64,000 nucleotides of DNA, taken from assembly GCF_964188315.1 (NCBI RefSeq), contig NC_135670.1, positions 37,820,001 through 37,884,000 of the forward strand, in the 5' to 3' direction. Every line of letters begins with the position of its first letter. Position 1 is the first letter of the stretch. Positions 21,901 to 32,300 of the stretch are shown here, piece after piece. A program made the translations under genes and the position numbers. The stretch comes from Podarcis muralis. Its lineage: Eukaryota. The notes under the pieces are model-generated. The model was not told the DNA's origin. It did no database searches and saw only the letters and a program-made list of their open reading frames with translations.

Positions 21901-24420
21901 GGAGTAGTTGAAGGAGTTATGGCACTCTGTACCCTTTCCCAGCCTCTCTAGGAACATGGGCTGTCAAGATGTGAATGCATCTCTTGGATGGGGAAAAGTA
22001 AATAAACAAACAAACAAACAAAAGGAGATCAAGGAAAACCCACCATGAGCTGCTCTCCATTTTGTTCTCCCTCTTTCCCTGCCCACCCAACCACCTTGCA
22101 GGAGGGGCAGTTCCAGGGCTTCCTGACATGGAACCATTTTGCCTTTGCACACGGACCCCAGAGCTGAACCCTCACACAAGTGGCAGGCCAGCTGTACTTA
22201 CTAGAAATACTTATGTTTTTCAAATGTTGTAGACTGCACAGTTTTGGACTACTTTCTATTGTGTGAAATATATTGATAGATTCTTCTCCTCTGTAAAATC
22301 CCTAAAAGCTCTCCTTTTTTAAACTTTGCCTTTGTTTTCTTCTGCCTAGCTGCACTCGTTCTTGAGGAGTATCTCCTTCAACAACAGTGCTGGTGACTTA
22401 GTGTCCTTTGATGAGAATGGAGAATTAGCAGGTGGATTTGATATTATTAACTGGGTTACTTTTCCAAACCAAACCTTCTCCCGTGTGAAAGTAGGAAAGA
22501 TAGTTCCACAAGATTCACAAAACATAGACTTCAGCGTGGATGAGGGAGCCATCACATGGCACAGATCCTTTAATCAGGTGGGACCATTGGATTTTTTAAA
22601 ATGCGGTGTTGTAGGAGCAAATTATACTGACCCAAGTGAGATTTACATCTCAGAAGACAAGTTACTCATCTGTTTTGAAAGAAGATTGATTGTCTTGTGG
22701 TGCTTCCTATTTTACCTTCTCTGTCAACTCCCTGTATTTCAAAGTCTGTTGTCTTCCCTATCCTCTCTCCATTCTCCATCTTTAAAATTCAATATCCCTT
22801 CTCATTCACTCACAATATTTACATTACAGTTTGTTTATTTATACAACACACCTTTCTGAAGTAATGTTAATCAGCATCATCAATCTTTATTACGGTCCAG
22901 AGACCCAATGTTAAAAAGAGATCTGTTGGATAATGTTAATCAGCCAACTGATCTCTTCTCTTTGGTTAAAACTGTGTTGTTTAGAAGGCATAAGAGAGCT
23001 ACATTTTCTCCTCTTTTTATGGCTAGGTGCTGCCCCTTGCCTTGTGTAATGATCGCTGCCAGCCAGGCTACAGCAGGAAAAAGAAGGAGGGGTTGCCATT
23101 TTTTTGCTATGATTGTGCTTCATGTCCACATGGGATGATTTCAAATCAAATGGGTAGGAGACATCATCTGCTATTTTGTATAATGCTTCCTAATACCTAT
23201 TTCAACTTTTCCCAGTGAAGCTGGTATTACTATTTTGCCAATTGTACCACCAAGAATTGTGACCAACTCTAGCTAACCGTACAACCAAAGCCAATATTTC
23301 TGATCACTCATTTGAGATGGACAGAGTAGATGAACAATCCATGCATTTTAGGCCCATCAAAATGTAGAGCCTATTGCGGATTATGCATACTGGCAGGAGA
23401 TTGTACAAACAGTTGTTAATATCCACTTACCAAATTAATTAATAAATTAATAAATTAATAAATTACCAAATAATTAATGCAACATTTGTCGGAACTCATA
23501 TATCACTCATTGTTTCAGATATGGATTATTGTTTCCAATGCCAAGATGATCAATTTCCAAACAAGGACAGAGATCAGTGCATCCCCAAACGCCAACATTT
23601 TCTTTCCTACGCAGAACCTTTAGGGTTCGCTTTAGCTTCCTTAGCTCTGGCCTTTTCTCTGCTCACAGCTTGGATACTTGGCGTCTTCTCTAGGAATGGG
23701 GACACTCCCATTGTCAAAGCCAACAACCGGGACCTCACCTACACTCTGCTCCTTGCCCTCTTGCTCTGCTTCCTCTGCTCCTTGCTCTTCATTGGCCAGC
23801 CTCACCCAGTCAGCTGCTCTTTACGACAAGCTGCTTTTGGCATCATCTTCTCCATTGCTGTGTCTTGTGTCTTGGCCAAAACCATCACGGTGGTTCTGGC
23901 TTTCATGGCCACCAAACCAGGATCCAGGATGAGGAAATGGGTGGGGAAATCTCTCACAAACTCTGTGCTTCTTGCTTGCTGCTCCGTTCAAACCAGCATT
24001 TGTGCTGCTTGGCTCTGTACGGCTCCTCCATTCCCAGATGTGGACATGAACTCTCTGATGGAGGAAATCATTGTGGAATGCAACGAAGGTTCTGTCGCGA
24101 TGTTTTATTCTGTCCTGGGTTATCTGGGATTCCTGGCCATGGTCAGCTTCACTATGGCTTTCCTGGCCAAGAGGTTGCCGGACAGTTTCAACGAAGCCAA
24201 GTTCATCACCTTCAGCATGTTGGTGTTCTGCAGCGTTTGGCTGTCCTTTGTTCCCTCTTATCTGAGCACCAAAGGAAAGCAGATGGTGGCTGTGGAGGTC
24301 TTTTGCATCTTGGCCTCCAGCGCAGGTTTGCTGGGTTGTATCTTTGCCCCCAAATTGTACATAATTCTTCTGAGGCCTGACTTGAACAGCAAAGACCACT
24401 TAATTCTGAGGAGCAAATAG
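18668..24420 (+). CDS. V2R gene B, intact, about 882 aa; exons 18668-18900, 19796-20087, 20574-21440, 22350-22577, 23027-23153, 23519-24420
   Basis: Canonical six-exon V2R structure (phases 2,0,0,0,1) with GT-AG sites. Venus-flytrap domain, cysteine-rich domain and 7TM exon with 'KANN' and '[15 protein letters not shown]'. Confidence 0.95.
19796..20087 (+). CDS. V2R-B exon 2
   Basis: 292 nt, attag|T ... CAG|gtatag. Confidence 0.9.
20574..21440 (+). CDS. V2R-B exon 3
   Basis: 867 nt open, cag|ATT ... CAG|gtgag. Confidence 0.92.
21524..21778 (+). mobile_element. tRNA-derived squamate SINE (Squam3-like) in V2R-B intron 3
   Basis: tRNA-like head gtagtggtt...gggttc, core ctgggtgaccttgggc, (CTT)n tail. 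Absent from paralogue D. Confidence 0.8.
22350..22577 (+). CDS. V2R-B exon 4
   Basis: 228 nt, '[16 protein letters not shown]'. Confidence 0.92.
23027..23153 (+). CDS. V2R-B exon 5 (cysteine-rich domain)
   Basis: 127 nt, 'CNDRCQPGY...FCYDCASC'. Confidence 0.92.
23519..24420 (+). CDS. V2R-B exon 6 (7TM)
   Basis: 902 nt ending in TAG. Confidence 0.95.
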
Positions 24421-25044
24421 GAATCACCTTGTGTTGATGGTTTTAATTATTGCATTGTTTGCTGGCATTTATTGGAAGAAAAGCAGAAAAAGTAATTCCT
24501 TGGATTTCTCAACTCTTATCCCTTTCATTCCCAGAAAAAGCCTCCAACCTACATGTGTAATCAATAAAGCTGAGACCAATTTTTAACCCCATAAAGTTGT
24601 TCTGTCACTTTGTTATCCTGTCAATACACTGATCTTCCATTCATAGGGTGCTAAAGGTATATCCCTTCATGGGGACACTTCAGCAGTGTGAAACACGTAA
24701 CTTCTGCCAAGGCTATTCTTTATATATTTAGGTAAAAGCTATATTGTATTTATTTATATGTAATCAAGAAAGTCTGCTGATCTCAGAATGTAGCTGCAGA
24801 ATCCTGTATAACATGGCAGAACATTATGGACAATTAAGAGGTGGCATTTTTAATCCTTTCCGTCATCATCCACCTGTAGATACACATGTCTGTACACATC
24901 CATCTGGCTTCACAATGTGAAGTTGCCACATTTCCAAGTGGGGCTTCAAAACAATTGAATGACATTTGTTACCTGCTAGTACTCATTTCCCTGCAAATGA
25001 GACCCAGATTCTCTGAATTTATCTTCTCCATGTAGGACAGATAC

Positions 25045-25315
25045 AAATGGGGAATTAGTAGCTGGATTGGATGTACAGTGGTACCTCTGGTTATGAACTT
25101 AATTCATTCCGGAAGTCCGTTCTTAACCTGAATCTGTTCTTAACTTGAAGTACCACTTTAGCTAATAGGGCTTCCCGCTACCACCACGCTGCCACCACAT
25201 GATTTCTGTTCTCATCCTGGGGCAAAGTTCTTAACCCGAGGTACTAGTTCCAGGTTAACGGAATCTGTAACCCGAAGTGTTTGTAACCCGAGGTACCACT
25301 GTAATAAATTGGGTC
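25045..25315 (+). pseudogene. 43-bp fragment of C/E-type V2R exon 4, split by the MITE
   Basis: After removing the MITE and one TA, 41 of 43 nt match aaatggggaattagtagctggatttgatataataaattgggtc in exon 4 of genes C and E. Confidence 0.75.
25076..25301. mobile_element. Tc1/pogo(Tigger)-type MITE
   Basis: cagtggtacctc / gaggtaccactg TIRs, TA TSD. Confidence 0.88.
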
Positions 25316-25363
25316 TCCCATGTCCTAGTCCAACACTCTAACCACTACATCTCACTGGCTCTC
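25311..25363 (-). mobile_element. SINE head remnant (full copy at 50122-50323)
   Basis: Matches the right part of the paralogous SINE. Confidence 0.6.
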
Positions 25364-25963
25364 AACTGAAAATTATGGTCTGTCCATACGGTGTTCATTA
25401 ATGTAATGCATTTTTTTGTTGATAAAATGGGTAACGTACTTGCAAACCTCCCCTTTTTTTACCTCTTTGAAAAATCGGCTGTAAAGCATTTTTTTATTAT
25501 TATATATTTTCATCTTAAGTAGTTTTCTGGGTAACTTTTTTCCCTCTTTTTTGCTGAGTCTCCATAAACCCTTATTGCTCTCCCTGCTAAGGAAGACCAG
25601 CTGAGACTTTGGCTGTGATGTGATAAACATGTCCCCCCACTCCACATCACCAAGAAGCAACAACCCAGCACAGCTGATTAACTCTCTTGTAATTATCAAA
25701 GTAATCACGATCATTTCTTTGACTCTCTGGGGTGTTCCAGTAGCTGCATGAAAACTACGATTCAAGACTTGAAGATACTATTAATATCTCCTGTGATGTT
25801 CAGAGCTTGGCCTTACACCAAGGGCACTATCAGACTGTTCACTCATTCTTTTTCCTGCAAAAATCTGGCTTTCGTAACCATCCCAGTGAGACTTTGCTGC
25901 TCAGTATCACTCAGATGACAAGGTGCAAAGAGATGAATTGTCGCCTAAAAAATTCCCTGCAAC

Positions 25964-26209
25964 ATGGTAATATTTGCAATCTTGGCATTTGTGCTGCTGC
26001 CTCAGACTGTGTGCAAGTTTCCTTTTGCTCCTACAATACTCTTTGCAGGATGGTACTTTCCACGATGTTGGTGTCAGTGCTGCTTCCTCCAGATGAGTGC
26101 CAGGCTGCTGTCGCTCCATGTTCCATCCGTGACCCTCTTCCTATTCTTCACAAATATTTCCAGTCTGGAAATGTTGTTATTGCTGGCGTTATGTCTCAAA
26201 TCCATATAA
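25964..26209 (+). other. Out-of-frame upstream ORF (81 aa) beginning with a duplicated V2R signal peptide
   Basis: MVIFAILAFVLLPQTVCKFPFAP is colinear with [23 protein letters not shown] 86 nt downstream. Conserved at 51262-51507. Confidence 0.7.
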
Positions 26210-26264
26210 CTTCAAGCATAGCCTTCAATGAACCTCCTACACCTGAACTCTTTGATGACATTCT
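26050..26264 (+). CDS. V2R-C exon 1
   Basis: '[14 protein letters not shown]', CT|gtaagg. Confidence 0.82.
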
Positions 26265-26270
26265 GTAAGG

Positions 26271-26316
<46 letters not shown>

Positions 26317-29300
26317 TAAAAAGTGTATTGTATATCTGTAATGAATATATTTCTGCATTTGACATATGATGAAGGTGATGCCCATTACACTAGTGGTCAA
26401 AATTGTGGCAAACTTTAGGGAAAGCTGTATTTCTAAGGTTTGATGGCTCATAAGAAAAGTATTAAATTAGAATGAACTTCTACAGTATAAAAAAAATTCC
26501 TTCCAGTAGCACCTTAAAGACCAACTAAGTTAGTTCTTGGTATGAGCTTTCGTGTGCATGCACACTTCTTCAGATACACTGCTGTATGGCAGACCAACAC
26601 GGCTACCTATCTGTAACTTCTACAGTATATCACTAGAAAGATAATCTAATGCAGAATATAATGCCACAAACTGTGTTGAATAGCCCTGACCTGAATCGAA
26701 CAGAATATCTGTGGAGCTGATTGAATAAACTTTTTAGTCAGAAGCAACCAAGGAATAAAGCACATGTTTTAGAAACATTCATACAATCTTGGTTTCACAT
26801 TAAAATGCCTGGTGAATTAAAATCTTTGCTTTACTCCATGGGATGTCACTGCAGAGCTGCAATTGCAGCAAAAAGTTTCTACACTAACATAAATGGTGAA
26901 AAGTTATGAAATACCCTTTATCTTGGTTTTGTATGCATAACTTCTTTTATTTGGCTATTTGCTTCCTTTGGTGATCACTCGTACCTGAGTAAGATTGTCT
27001 TCCATGAAGACGGTCTAAACAGTGAGTCCGTATGTGACTGTGGAGTTCAATTCTGTATTCTCATGGCCTTCCTCAGTGAGGACTGAGATTTCCAGATGGG
27101 AGTTGATAATGGTGAGGGTTTGCCAAACATGCCTTCCTCTTAGTGTGTTTCCCACTTTCATCCTGAGTTTGAGTGTCTTCAAAGTCCATGGCACCTTTCT
27201 TAAAAGCTGTTCTCCAATTGGAGCACCAGGATTACGCTTTCCATTCTTGAGTTGGGAATAGAGTCGTTGCTTCGGAAGACAATAGTCAGGCATCCAAACA
27301 ACATGACCAGTCCAATGAAGTTGATGTTGAAGAATCATTGCTTCAACACTGGTGATCTTTTCTTCTTTCTGTACATTGGCATTAGTTTGTGTGTCTTCCC
27401 AAGTGATGTGTAAAAATTTCAAGAGAGACCCTTGAGGGAATCTTTCCAGGAGTTGGAGATGGCGTTTATAAGTCCTCCATATTTCACAAGCATACAGTAA
27501 GGTTGGTAGTACGATAGCTTTGTAAACAAGCATTTTGGTTGCCCTGCAAATGTTCCAGTCCTCAAACACCCTGCAGGAGAAAGTGCATTTTTTCAAAGCT
27601 CAATCGATGCTGGATTTTGGCATCAATGTCGGCCCTTGAGAATAGATAACTGCCTAGGTAGGAGAAGTTATCAACACTTTCCAACGTTACACCATTGTGT
27701 TGGATTTGTGGCACTGCAGAAGGGTTGTTCTGTGCTTTTTGGTGCAGCACTTTGGTTTTTGGGATCTTGAGTGATGGGCCAAGCTTTTCGTAATCTTCTA
27801 CAAAGATACATACTTTCCAAAATGTTTTCACAATATTGGCCACTAGTGTATGATGAATATTACCACCCTCCCACCCTCCCCATGTAATTCTGGTGTTTAT
27901 GAGACATGGGGGCAAATCTCATAATTCAAACTCACTTCTGCAGTGTGTGATAACCTTTTTCTTGTTATATGGTAGGCTTATACCAGTGTTCAGGTTTTTT
28001 AAAAAAGTTTACAAGGCAGCATAAAATGTAACATCCCCATTCACTTTGTTAAGGCTTTCCACTCATTTACCATGGTGAGCGAAGGATTTCTTATTTAATA
28101 TTTGATTTTAATCAAAGCCAAGTGGTAATTCATTCAGATTAGAGGTGAATTTATTATAAGTTTTTGGTAACCAGACTTTGTCCTTCTCTTCCATAGAAGA
28201 AAACTAGTAGCAATCAGGGCCAGGCCACCTATGACGTAGCAGGAGTTAGATGTTCAGCATAGCAAAACATCCAGGTTTGTGTTTCAATATATCCATACAC
28301 TTTCTATGCTTGTGAATGTGAATTGTTATGCACTATGTCGCTCTCCATGCAGGCCAGTGACACAACTCTACCAGCATATCCTGGCTTTGGCATTTGCTGT
28401 GAAAGAGATAAATGAAAATCCTGAAATCTTGCCCAATATCTCTCTGGGTTTCCACATCTATAACAGCCATTTCAGTGCAAGCTGGACCTACCAAGCCTCC
28501 ATGGAACTTCTCTCTAGCCTAGAAAGACTCATCCCTAACTATAAATGTAATGTTCAGGAGACTCCAAAGGCAGTCATTGGGGGGCCAAAACCTGATTTAT
28601 GTCTCCACATGTCAACCATCCTGTCCATGTACAAGATGCCAAGAGTAAGAGGTCTGCATGGAATATAGATCATAATGAAAGCCATTTACAGTTGTCTCTG
28701 ACTAACTCTCATTGGGTTCCCAGCTGGTAATTGAATGTTTTTGTGACCCACCATCTTGAGGAACAATATATCAAGGGAATGGCAAATAGTGGGTATAGGT
28801 TGGTATTTTTCAACCAAAAATATGTGTCTGCTTCAGTTCCACACCTCCTGGAAAACTCAGGTGGAAGAATTCCTCATTGGACACTTTACTTCTGTGCAGG
28901 ACTGTAACAAAACGTCTGCTGCCTGTGGTAGCAGAACTGTATGTTTGCTATGCCTGCTGAAAAATCACTTATATATTTCCCAAGATAACTTTAACATTCC
29001 AAATCAACAGAAATAAGTGATATTTGAATCCTTTTGAAGCAGATCCCCCTCAGTAAAACTCTGTAACCACCATGGGTTATCTAGCATGTGTGAAGTAAAG
29101 GTCAACTTCAGGCAGAAGTTGAACAAATAAGAAAGATTTATTTTGCAGAATAAAGTTGGTAAGACAAAAGATGTATCAGGAGATAAAGTTCTTTCAGGAA
29201 ACAGTTAACTTATTAATATTCAATTATTGGATGTTACGGGCTTCAAAAGAAGGTAGTGAACGTACAGCTTATTTAAAATGGCAGTTACTTATTTTCAGCT

Positions 29301-32300
29301 TGATGTTACAATTGGTAAACAATCAGCTCATTTCCATTTTTCATTACTTCAGTTTCTTAAACCACATTGCATAGGTGTTACAGTTTCAGACTTTGGTTCT
29401 TATACAAGGTAGTGCTTTCTGTCAGTTTCCCCACCTTCTATCACTCCCACTCCTGAGGTTCCCCAAATAGCACAACAGCCCCAAGGGATCACCAGCCCTC
29501 TTAACGGGTTTGGGTGTCTTCTCTTTCTAGAAGATCTCTCCCCTCCTGACTGGAAGGAGACCCAAGCAGATGGGATCCTGCAGAGGTGCCATCTTCTGAA
29601 GAGGACTGAGGGGGCCCTGACGTCATGCGTGTGATGCTATGAGGAGCCAAATGGCCCTTGAATATTGAGGGGGCTCAGTCCCCTCAAAAAATACATTGGT
29701 GTGGATGAAACTGCCTCAGCTCCTAGGAGTAGTGTGAATGTTGGAAATCACAACATTATGATAATGAGAAGGATGCCCAATATTGCAGAAACAGATGATT
29801 CACCAATACAAACCAAGGCAGAAGTTTGGAATAGAACAGTCCAGGTGGATTTCATATCATTTCCCATGCAAAGGTTGTGGGAGATAGCTTTCCTCTGTGG
29901 TTCTCTATCCTTTGCAGTTAACTCAAGGAACCGTTATTAGGAATTTATTCCGAGAAAGCTTTACCAGGGTTTTCTATGAACAAGCATTTATTTACCTGTT
30001 CTTTCCTGTAACCTCCTTTAGATACAGCAAATTCTTTTTTTTTAAAATGCTTTTTATTAATTTTTAACATAAATATACAATTTTAATCAAAATTCTCACA
30101 AATTCCATACTTTTGGACTTCCTCCAACTTCTCTGACAATCATCCATGTTTAACTCTTGCTTACGCATTTCTTCTGTTCTCTATTGCCATTAGTCCCCCC
30201 TCCAATCATCCATTTTCATTTAACAATATACCTCAGTTTTTACAGTGCTTCTTTAAACCCCACTAGCGTTGTTTGTACTTCACATGTACTTTTCAGATAT
30301 TCCACAAATTTCCCCCAGTCCTCGATGAACTTTTGGTCTCGAAGATATCTAACTTTCCCTGTTAACTTGCCCAGTTATGCATAGTCTGTTAATTTCGTCC
30401 TCCATTCCTCTTTCGTCGGTGTTTCCTCTTGTTTCCACTTCTGGGCCAGTAGAATTCTTGCTGCTGTAACTGCGTATTGAAAAAGTTTATAATCCTTCCT
30501 TCTTATTTCCTTTCCTGTAATGCCTAAAAGCAGGGCTTCTGGTTTCTTAACAAATGTATACTTCAACATTTTTTTCATCTCATTATATATCATCTCCCAG
30601 AAGCTCTTCACTTTCTTACACTTCCACCACATATGATAAAACGTTCCTTCTTTTTCTTTACATTTCCAACATTTATTACAGGTTTTGTACATTTTTGCTA
30701 ATTTTACCGGTGTATACCATCTATAAAACATTTTCATTATATTTTCTTTTAACGCCGTACATGCAGTAAATCTTAAGTTTTCCTTCCATAATTTTTCCCA
30801 ATCATCAAATTGTATATTATATCCAAAATCTCTGGCCCATTGTAGATACAGCAAATTCTGCCATAAACATAACTGCAAAATTGTTCTATTTGATGGAAAG
30901 ACATTAATATCCAAGTATTTCCCCAAACAGTAGATTCTAAAATATCAGAAATAAACAAAAAGCTTAATCCCCCTGGTTAATATGTTGAAATCTGCTTTCA
31001 AGTCTAAATGGTGTTTTGATATCAGAATTTGTTATCATCTTTCCTCCCTTGATTTTAACACTGACGCTCTTCAGCTCATCTATGGCTCTTCTCCTGTGAC
31101 GACTAATGACATTCAAGCCCTTTTCACCCACTGGATATTCCCAGATGGGGCTCAGCAATACGAGGGGATCCTCCAGTTACTGCTGCATTTTCGTTGGGTG
31201 TGGATCGGTGTGCTTTTTCTCCATGGTGACACTGGAGAGAGATTTGTACAAAATGTTCTCCCCATGTTTGCCCAGAAGGGTATCTGCTTTGATTATATAG
31301 AAAGTTTCCCTAAGGTTACCTCTTCTGGTGAGTTTGATGAAATGGTGGAAGAAGGTTTGAAAACCATGAACATTATTGTGGGGAGCACTGCCAATGTTGT
31401 AGTTGTGCATGGTGAAATTCAAACAATTATAGTAATTAGAACGCTACCCAGACTTGCAGATACAAATGACGTGCTAGTACAAGGAAAGACAAAAGTCTGG
31501 ATTATGACAGCCCAGATGGATTTCACTTCATTTCCCTTTCAAAGAGGTTGGGACATCACATTCCTGCATGGAGCTCTATCCTTTGCAGTTCACTCTAAGG
31601 ATCTTCCAGGATTCCAGAAATTTATTCAGATGAGACAGCCTACCTTGGAAAAAGAAGATCGTTTTCTCAGGGTTTTCTGGGAAGAGGCATTTAATTGTGG
31701 TTTTAATGATTCTGCTTCAGAGAAGAAAGATGACAAATTCTGCACTGGGGAGGAGAATATTGAGAGCCTTCCTGGGTCTGTTTTTGAAACGAGCATGACA
31801 GCCCACAGCTACAGCATCTACAATGCAATCTATATTTTGGCACATGCTTTGCACACCATGCAGTCCACCAAATTAAACTGCAGAGCAATGGCAGGTGGAG
31901 CAAGATGGGAACTTACAGATCAAGAGCCATGGCAGGTAATGTTGTCTTCCAGTTAATACAGATGTCTATGATCAACTCTGGAGTTCAGCCAAAGGAGGGA
32001 CTTTTCTTGAATACCTCTGTCAGTAGGGGAAACTCATTGCATGTAAAGGCCCAGTAGTTGAATAATAAAACACATGGACACCAGTATTTTAGATTAATGG
32101 GCGAATTAAGGCCACAACGAAGGCCTGAAAGCAAGAAGGTGATCCCCAGGAAATGACTATCCACTAATGGTTAGGATAACATAATGGATGAAATTCTGCC
32201 ATCACTTTGAAGTGGGTTCACTTGTCCTTGGAATAGCAAAATATGGCTATAGATGGCTAGGTACACAATATCATGCTATCACTATTTGTACAAAGGCAGC

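Noticed and set aside
23821-24399. Antisense and alternative-frame ORFs over 7TM exons, repeated in each paralogue (likewise over BovB and Gypsy)
   Set aside because: Shadow ORFs of real coding sequence. Their conservation follows from the duplication.
29080-29560. Possible ERV-type solo LTR in intron 2 of C and E
   Set aside because: Composition is suggestive, but I could not define termini or a TSD.
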